Shown piece after piece: positions 55,717 to 64,000 of a stretch of DNA of 64,000 nt. Each line of letters starts with the position of its first letter. Positions within the stretch are counted from its first letter, which is position 1. A program made the position numbers and the translations under genes. The stretch comes from Octopus sinensis (lineage: Eukaryota): assembly GCF_006345805.1 (NCBI RefSeq), contig NC_043012.1, forward strand, positions 31,868,001-31,932,000, in the 5' to 3' direction. The notes beneath the pieces are model-generated. The model had not been told where the DNA came from, did not search any database, and saw only the letters and a program-made list of their open reading frames with translations.

Positions 55717-56869
55717 GTGATGATGATGATGATGATGATGACGACGACGACGACGACGACAACAACAACAACAACAATAATAATAATAATGATAATAATA
55801 AAAATAATAAAACATTCCGACTTACATAGTTTAATGACCAATTCACCAATTTGGCACGTAAGATTGAACGAGATTAAAAATAGTTCACTATTTAGTTACA
55901 TCTTTTTAAGTAAATAATTTTACCCCCACCGTGTGACTATGATATTCCCTAAAATAGCACTTTTTGGCAGAAAGCTCCTTCTTAATGGATATACATACAC
56001 TCTCCAACATCAACATCATTAACATCACCATCACCATCATTACGGACACAAACACAACCAGCATCACAAACACCAGCAAAAACCATCATGCTCATAACCC
56101 AAAAACAACAACAGCAAATAAGTACTATGAACTTCACAAGGAGAACAAAGAACTAATGAAACATATACGTTCATACACCAGACATGACTCAGGGGCAATT
56201 TCATCACACCAAGTAACGAAATCAAGATAGTTTTGAAAATATTTAATTTCACACTTAACTTTTTTTTGGATTGATTGTCCAATTTGCCTCAACACATTCT
56301 CTTTACAATTCAACACTTGAAACCATTACGTCTCGATAAAAAATATATGGTTTAGATTATGAATCTCCTTCTACCTACATGATTAGAAATCGAAATAACT
56401 TTAAGTTGAAATCAATATATGGCACTTACACCACAGAACTTCAAACTGATTATATAATTTCTAGTGAAATACCTTGCAGACAATCTCATCATTGAGAAAT
56501 TCTCTCAGTGTATATTCGTTAATAATTGAACATTGGTTTTTGAACTTTCCATTATTTATTTATTTATTCCATTTCTCAGATTAATAAATTGTTATCATAT
56601 GCGATCCAAACTTTATATCCTGCCACGTGTCCCACCTGCACATTTGACATGGCTAAATATTTTGCTTTCAAAATTTATTTGTTTATGTGCAAATGAATAT
56701 CTTTATGGAGACCTACCAAAAGTTAGCAAAAATTGCTGCGACTATCTGGTCACTGCATGAACAACCCTGTTCTGGGATCATCCAAATTAGACTTGTGGAA
56801 CTTAGTTCATGGTGATGTAAGAAGAAGATGTCATCACGCTTACATTGCAGACACTGGCCTGGAATGTAT

Positions 56870-56960
56870 CGATAGAATAAGTACCAGTTGAGAACTGGGG
56901 CCAGTAAAATCGACTTAATCCCTCAACCGAATTTGCTGGCGCTGTGTTAAAAATGTTTAA
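56870..56960 (+). mobile_element. 3' fragment of SINE family S3
   Basis: gatagaataagtaccagttgagaactgggg..aatcgacttaatcc matches the body of 12288-12505. Confidence 0.6.
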
Positions 56961-57067
56961 CCAATGTTATTCAGTTATTTTAACAGTTTGTGTGGAAAAT
57001 GAATGAAATGAGATGATTGACCCTTCCCAATTAATACATATTTTCGCAGCTAACACATAAGATGTAA

Positions 57068-57395
57068 TAGTTTTAACTGTTTCAATCTTAGTTTTGCTTC
57101 TACTCGAAATAGCGCTACTGTTCTTGGACTATTATTTGTATACATTGATCTAGTATATCAAGTTATATGTTTTACGACCTATTTTCTGATAGTTATGTAA
57201 TTCATTTCAATGTAATATACTAGTTTTAACTGTTTAATATACTAGTTTTAACTGTTCCAATCTTAGTTTTGCTTCTACTCGAAATAGCGCTACTGTTCTT
57301 GGACTATTATTTATATACATTGATCTAGTATATCAAGTTATATGTTTTACGACCTATTTTCTGATAGTTATGTAATTCATTTCAATGTAATATAC
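57068..57395. repeat. 153-bp tandem duplication with a 22-bp partial unit between the copies
   Basis: 57068-57220 and 57243-57395 are near-identical. Confidence 0.92.
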
Positions 57396-57831
57396 TAATT
57401 AATGATATCCTCATCAATTCCCGCAAGTTAGCCTCCTATCGCGTTTCGCAGACAGTTATTCACAGTTCATAACTGTTTTTTTTTTCTATGAACTGCTTCT
57501 TTTTTATAAAAGCGAACTACTCTTTCCAATGAAATTCCTACTCTGCCTCGTTAATTTCGCAGAACACAGCACGTTGTCGTTAATTTCTAAAACCAGTTAT
57601 TCAAATGTTATCAATCAAAAACATTTTAGAAAATATTGTTTATTTTAAATGCCGTTGTGGTATTTCAGCTGTTCTGCCACAAGATTTCTTAATACTTCAT
57701 AAGGAATCAACAACAATATCATTGTATCTTTGTGACCATATTTGCTCTGGAAATATAATCCAGTTTATTTTATAGCTAAACAAAGATTGCATAATCAATT
57801 TACACTATACATCAAACAGTTTGCTTTGCAG

Positions 57832-57899
<68 letters not shown>

Positions 57900-57908
<9 letters not shown>

Positions 57909-58205
57909 GTGTACATTTAAAAAGAAGAGAAAACTACCCTTTAAGCAGCCAAAACGGCCAAAATCACGATTAATAGCAATTTTCGAAGGAAATGAAAAAT
58001 AAAAACATTTGCCTTGTTATTTTTTGCAGTTATACCTAGATTTCAAATTTTTTTACCAAATAAGATTATCTGCTAGGCGAATTCTCAACAGTAACCGGCC
58101 TCAAAAACTAACTTATAATTCAGAGACAAATAACACGTGCCTCATCATTATATGTTATAATTTTTCAAAATTCAGCTCTTGTGTTTAAATGTACACTATT
58201 TTATA
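57900..58205. mobile_element. MITE-like element with 30-bp TIRs
   Basis: tataaaatagtgtacatttaaa(aag/cac)aagag at both ends in inverted orientation, in a TA context. Confidence 0.7.
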
Positions 58206-58303
58206 TTAAGAATATGTTGTCTATTGACTATTTATACATGCTAGGCCACTGGTGGTAATATTTCTAACGAATATTCGCTACCCTATAAGTGTATCTTACG
58301 TAT

Positions 58304-58339
<36 letters not shown>

Positions 58340-58833
58340 ATATATTATATATATACAATATATATATACATATATATATATCATATGAGTCTTTTAAAGT
58401 GCTCTCGTGAAAACAATATTTCGAAACGCTTCTATTTACGTAAAACAAGTGCTATATAATTTGATATGTGTGTCAAGTTTAACATTTCTTGCTGTGGTTT
58501 AGAATCTTATTTTTTTTACTAAATGAAAGAACCTTATCGAAGTTATAAATGGCACACTTTCAACAGTGGAATATTCAGTTAGCTTAACGTGTATGTGCAG
58601 TTAATCAAAGGTACAAATGAGGGTAGCTATATCAAAGTCCATTCTACACGAAGTGTCACATATTGGAGGAGGCTCTTAGTAATAACAGTGTAGCAAAACG
58701 GCGGTGCATCAGCACGGCCGCAGCTCTGATCTGAAACTACAGAAAAAATACCTTGTAATATATTATGGTTGAATAACCAAATACCACGTACCTACAAGTA
58801 CCTACATACATACGTACATACATACATATATGT

Positions 58834-58869
<36 letters not shown>

Positions 58870-58870
58870 G

Positions 58871-58908
<38 letters not shown>

Positions 58909-58915
58909 AATATAT

Positions 58916-58949
<34 letters not shown>

Positions 58950-59115
58950 CACACTTTATTAATAAAGCTGCAGAGACATCACAAAAACTGTTACTAAGAG
59001 TTTGACTTTATAGGTCGCCGGACAGTTTTGCTTTAGAATATATATAGATATGTCGATATATAGAGTCCCCATCCTCTCCCCAAAAATATTACATGGAAAA
59101 ATCGAGCAATAGAAT
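58950..59115. repeat. ~165-bp dispersed repeat, copy 1 (copy 2 at about 62218-62378)
   Basis: cactttattaataaagctgcagagacatc..ggaaaaatcgag occurs twice in the same orientation. Confidence 0.88.
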
Positions 59116-60085
59116 GTTTAAATACCAGTTCCAGGAATGAGTTTAATGTGTAAATTGGTATATCCACTAACTTAACACGTAAAATACCACGTACCTACAA
59201 GTTATTAAGAAAAAAGAAGCATCGGGGATAAGAAGGGTTACAGACACGCCAGTTTTCTCTAAGATATATACTCACACAAATACATATATGTATAAAAAGA
59301 TAAGTATGTTTTATTTAAAAGCAGCAGAAATATAACAAATGATGTTACTCGGAGTTTCGCAGACAGTTTTGTTAAAATAGAACGATAAAAAGATAAGGAG
59401 ATAGATATAGATATACAAAAAAGTATATATAAAAGTAGCTTCCGAATGGTAACCATCATGAAATTCAATGCACAACGTGAAACTATAAACATCACCATTT
59501 GTGACTGAGACGTAGTTCCTAACCATGCAACCATACTTTTGCCTGACATACTCTCATAAACATGAACATTCACATAGACATTCAAACACATGCACATACG
59601 CTCACAAATATCTACACACACACACACATACACACAGATTCACTCACATCCGATTAAAAAACTACCGGCGGAATAAACTATAGTTAATATTTATTTTGTA
59701 AAAATTCTTTTGTTATTTAGTTTGAATTATGACAGTATATAATGAAGTCTTTTCTTAAATTGTGTTTTCTTCTGTGGTAGCGACAATAGTACAATACACA
59801 GTGGTTTAGTTCTCCTCTTATTTAGAAAGAAAAAAACCCCAAAATATTTGCAAATACAAGAAGAAAAAAAACACTTTCACCGCACACACTACAAACCGAG
59901 ACAAATAAACAGACGCGTTTTCAGAAACAAATAGAATTTGAAATGGCAAAATGTAATAAATAAATACACAAATAAAATATGGTGGCAAATAACAATAAAA
60001 GAGATCGCAATCAGTATCTGAGTGCACATGCCACACACATACACACATAAGTACATAATACCATACACTTGCATACATACATACG

Positions 60086-60138
<53 letters not shown>

Positions 60139-60329
60139 CATTATATAAAAGGGCTTAGTAAAATAAATTACTTTGCCGCATACTGAACTCATTAGAAATA
60201 GCAGCTAAAAAAACTTTTTTAAAACTATTTCTAATACTTAAAGAAAACCTCTCTCATATAGGTTTGATCAATTCAACTCACGAAAGTATGGGGGGTAGAG
60301 ACATTTAAAAAATCAAATGCAAAGGTTAT

Positions 60330-60382
60330 TGAGAACGTACGTTTCAAGATTAGTCAAACTCGACACTTCTATCATCAGCTCA
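60330..60382 (-). ncRNA. Type I hammerhead motif (copy 1)
   Basis: Minus strand: tgag-CTGATGA-[stem II with internal loop]-GAAAC-GTAC-GTT-ctca. Confidence 0.6.
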
Positions 60383-60888
60383 GAACTCCCTGGTTGGATT
60401 TGAAAACACTGAAAGTGGGAGCATACCCTTTCGGCTTCTTATCGCTTCTGAAGATCTGCTCGAAACTAACAGTGCCAGCAAACTCAAATATGCAAGCGAA
60501 GAATTTCTGCTCTCCCCTTTCCACCAGCGTGGGTTAAAATCAGTAAACACTATGCTTTTTTTCGGTTAAAATCCGAGGCATTAAATAGAGAGAGATGAAT
60601 TATAATTTCAACAATTGAGGGTAAAATTAATTAATTAATCAATTCACCAAGTATTCAGTATGCAAAGGGACCATTTAAGGCGAATTCAAATTATTATTAT
60701 ATAAAAGGGCTTAGTAAAATAAATTACTTTGCCGCATACTGAACTCATTAGAAATAGCAGCTAAAAAACTTTTTTAAAACTATTTCTAATACTTAAAGAA
60801 AACCTCTCTCATATAGTGTTTGCTCAATTCAACTCACGAAAGATGTGGATGGGGGTAGAGACATTAAAAAATCAAAGCAAAGGTTATT

Positions 60889-60941
60889 TGAGAACGTACG
60901 TTTCAAGATTAGTCAAACTCGACACTTCTATCATCAGCTCA
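60889..60941 (-). ncRNA. Type I hammerhead motif (copy 2)
   Basis: Identical to copy 1. Confidence 0.6.
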
Positions 60942-61444
60942 GAACTCCCTGGTTTGGATTTGAAAACACTGAAAGTGGGAGCATACCCTTTCGGCTTCTT
61001 ATCGCTTCTGAAGATCTGCTCGAATCTAACAGTGCCAGCAAACTCAAATATGCAAGCGAAGAATTTCTGCTCTCCCCTTTCCACCAGCGTGGGTTAAAAT
61101 CAGTAAACACTATGCTTTTTTCGGTAAAATCCGAGGCATTAAATAGAGAGAGATGAATTATAATTTCAACAATGAGGGTAAAATTAATTAATTAATCAAT
61201 TTCACCAAGTATTCAGTATGCAAAGGGACCATTTAAGGCGAATTCAAATTATTACATTATATAAAAGGGCTTAGTAAAATAAATTACTTTGCCGCATACT
61301 GAACTCATTAGAAATAGCAGCTAAAAAACTTTTTTAAAACTATTTCTAATACTTAAAGAAAACCTCTCTCATATAGTGTTTGCTCAATTCAACTCACGAA
61401 AGTATGGGGGTAGCGACATTAAAAAATCAAATGCAAAGGTTAAT

Positions 61445-61497
61445 TGAGAACGTACGTTTCAAGATTAGTCAAACTCGACACTTCTATCATCAGCTCA
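61445..61497 (-). ncRNA. Type I hammerhead motif (copy 3)
   Basis: Identical to copy 1. Confidence 0.6.
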
Positions 61498-62217
61498 GAA
61501 CTCCCTGGTTTGGATTTGAAAACACTGAAAGTGGGAGCATACCCTTTCGGCTTCTTATCGCTTCTGAAGATCTGCTCGAATCTAACAGTGCCAGCAAACT
61601 CAAATATGCAAGCGAAGAATTTCTGCTCTCCCCTTTCCACCAGCGTGGGTTAAAATCAGTAAACACTATGCTTTTTTCGGTAAAATCCGAGGCATTAAAT
61701 AGAGAGAGATGAATATAATCAATTTCAACAATTGAGGGTAAAATTAATTAATTAATCAATTTCACCAAGTATTCAGTATGCAAAGGGACCATTTAAGGCG
61801 AATTCAAATTATTACATTATATAAAAGGGCTTAGTAAAATAAATTACTTTGCCGCATACTGAACTCATTAGAAATAGCAGCTAAAAAAACTTTTTTAAAA
61901 CTATTTCTAATACTTAAAGAAAACCTCTCTCTTGATTTTTTAATGTCTCTACCCCCATACTTTCGTGAGTTGAATTGAGCAAACACTATATGAGGGAGGT
62001 TTTCTTTAAGTATTAGAAATAGTTTTAAAAAAGTTTTTTTAGCTGCTATTTCTAATGAGTTCAGTATGCGGCAAAGTAATTTATTTTACTAAGCCCTTTT
62101 ATATAATGTAATAATTTGAATTCGCCTTAAATGGTCCCTTTGCATACTGAATACTTGGTGAAATTGATTAATTAATTAATTTTACCCTCAATTGTTGAAA
62201 TATATATATATATATAT

Positions 62218-62378
62218 ACACTTTATTAATAAAGCTGCAGAGACATCACAAAAACTGTTACTAAGAGTTTGACTTTATAGGTCGCTGGACAGTTTTGTTT
62301 TAGAATATATATATAGATATGTCAATATATAGAGTCCCCATCCTCTCCCCAGAAATATTACATGGAAAAATCGAGTAA
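62218..62378. repeat. ~165-bp dispersed repeat, copy 2
   Basis: Near-identical to 58950-59115. Confidence 0.88.
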
Positions 62379-62732
62379 ATTGCGACCTTAAGAATATTCA
62401 ATTACTACCGTAGTTGAATGATACACACTTCATAAAACACAGAAAAACATACACCTAACAGGAATCCTGACCCGTCGGACATTCTAGAATATATCAAACA
62501 CCGTACGACTAATACAATGTACGCTTTTGGATTAGCTCGGGGGGGGGGATTAAAATATTCATATGGCTTAAATTATCTGTATCCATAATCTGAGTATTTC
62601 ACTGGATGTATTTCGGTACCCATGATTTTTATTCGTCTAAAGGTGTTGTTTCAAAGATAATTCGACCCAACTTGATGACTCCCGATTAAGTACCCGATTC
62701 ACACGAATCCTTATATATATATACATATATTA

Positions 62733-62772
<40 letters not shown>

Positions 62773-62798
62773 ATATATATATATACATACATATATAT

Positions 62799-62832
<34 letters not shown>

Positions 62833-62853
62833 ATATATATATACTATATATAT

Positions 62854-62896
<43 letters not shown>

Positions 62897-62923
62897 ATAT
62901 ATACATACATATATATATATATT

Positions 62924-62955
<32 letters not shown>

Positions 62956-63482
62956 ATATATATATAATATATATATATATAGTAAATCCAAACAAGAAAA
63001 CAAAAAACACAACAACGCAAGGACGCGGAACAAATAAAGTATTATTGGACGCTCAGGAAAGAAGGGAAACTGTCGATTGTCCAAATATGGCCAAATGCGT
63101 TTTTTCAATATTTAATTTTGCTTGCGATAGTCTGTTCTTTTGGTCAAACTATCGTATATTCAGCTCTTTCAGATGCCAAGATATGAAAATTGTCAAAGTG
63201 TAGTACAACGGTTTAGCATTTTTGAAAAGTGCAGTGCCACATACGACATTTTTGAAAATATATTTCTAACTGAAAATATCACACATACAAGAAGTTACGA
63301 TTTTATGCCCCCGAGAAAGTATTAATGTTTAGCTGCAACTGTTGCTAATGTAAAAATAAATGGAATGGTGAGACTATTTTTTTGTTTCCTGAAAAAGCAA
63401 CGTTTTAGACTTACGAAACGTTTGCATAGTGGCAACGATATATATAAATTCTATATTCTATATTGTGCATGTGTATGTGTGT

Positions 63483-63518
<36 letters not shown>

Positions 63519-64000
63519 ATATATACAATATAGAATATAAAATTTGATATAATTTTATGATTGTTAACTGAAGCACAACTTGAGAATATTTACAGACATA
63601 CACGTAGATATACAACGTCACGACGGCTGTATACTTCTTACTATTATAAGCTATACATGCATGCACCCATATGCACATAAGCAACGAAACACAGTCTCAT
63701 CATACATTATGCACTATACACCTTATCAAAACTATAAAGAAATCACATTGCGATTTTATTGTTACTACATAACAAACAAAACATACTAAAGGACGGTGTA
63801 TTTCTGCGTTGCGAGTAAAGAAATAGAGAAAGCTTACATATGGCCTCGCATAGGGCATTGGAGAATGTGGATGGAAACCACCCGAAGAAACTGTCAGAAG
63901 ATGGAGTCGTGCATCTCATACGACAATGTGAACTCCGCGGAACCGCCAACGTTGATACTATATTGTAGGAAATTATAATAGCATATGTTGGTCGTGCTGT

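Larger units (their letters stand above)
60138..62200 (-). mobile_element. ~560-bp tandem array (3.2 units) with a 209-bp inverted terminal arm; PLE pLTR- or retrozyme-like
   Basis: ataaaagggc at 60145, 60701, 61261 and 61821; 61723-61931 is the reverse complement of 61992-62200. Confidence 0.85.

Noticed and set aside
60816-61712. 66-110-aa ORFs repeated in the 560-bp array
   Set aside because: No recognisable domain, and the reading frames differ between units through indels; treated as incidental.
63840-64000. GNHPKKLSEDGVVHLIRQ as a Tc1 transposase N-terminus
   Set aside because: Too short, cut by the window edge, and no TIR was identified.

Overview
AT-rich, microsatellite-saturated eukaryotic DNA. 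The tRNA-derived SINE families and the (TA)n/(TATG)n/(TAA)n load look like an octopus genome; this is inferred from recall, not from a database search. No intact protein-coding gene, rRNA, true tRNA or CRISPR array is supported, and most ORFs in the track are microsatellite artefacts. The window is mainly decayed mobile DNA: two R4/Dong-like RLE LINE fragments in (TAA)n tracts, two mariners, a Tc1-like element, a DD37D/maT-like fragment, several MITEs, five non-autonomous Helitrons, a separate Helitron PIF1 remnant and about a dozen SINEs. It also holds a CNBP-like zinc-knuckle pseudogene and two low-confidence spliced-gene candidates. The most striking signal is a set of Penelope-like (PLE) or retrozyme-like structures that carry type I hammerhead ribozyme (HHR) motifs. 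These are a 362-bp tandem array whose HHR has a compensated U3:A8 core, a ~560-bp tandem array with a minus-strand HHR, a canonical HHR ahead of a 540-bp tandem PLE ORF start, a spacer-less 132-bp palindrome containing an HHR, and further inverted or decayed HHR copies. All folds were derived by eye.
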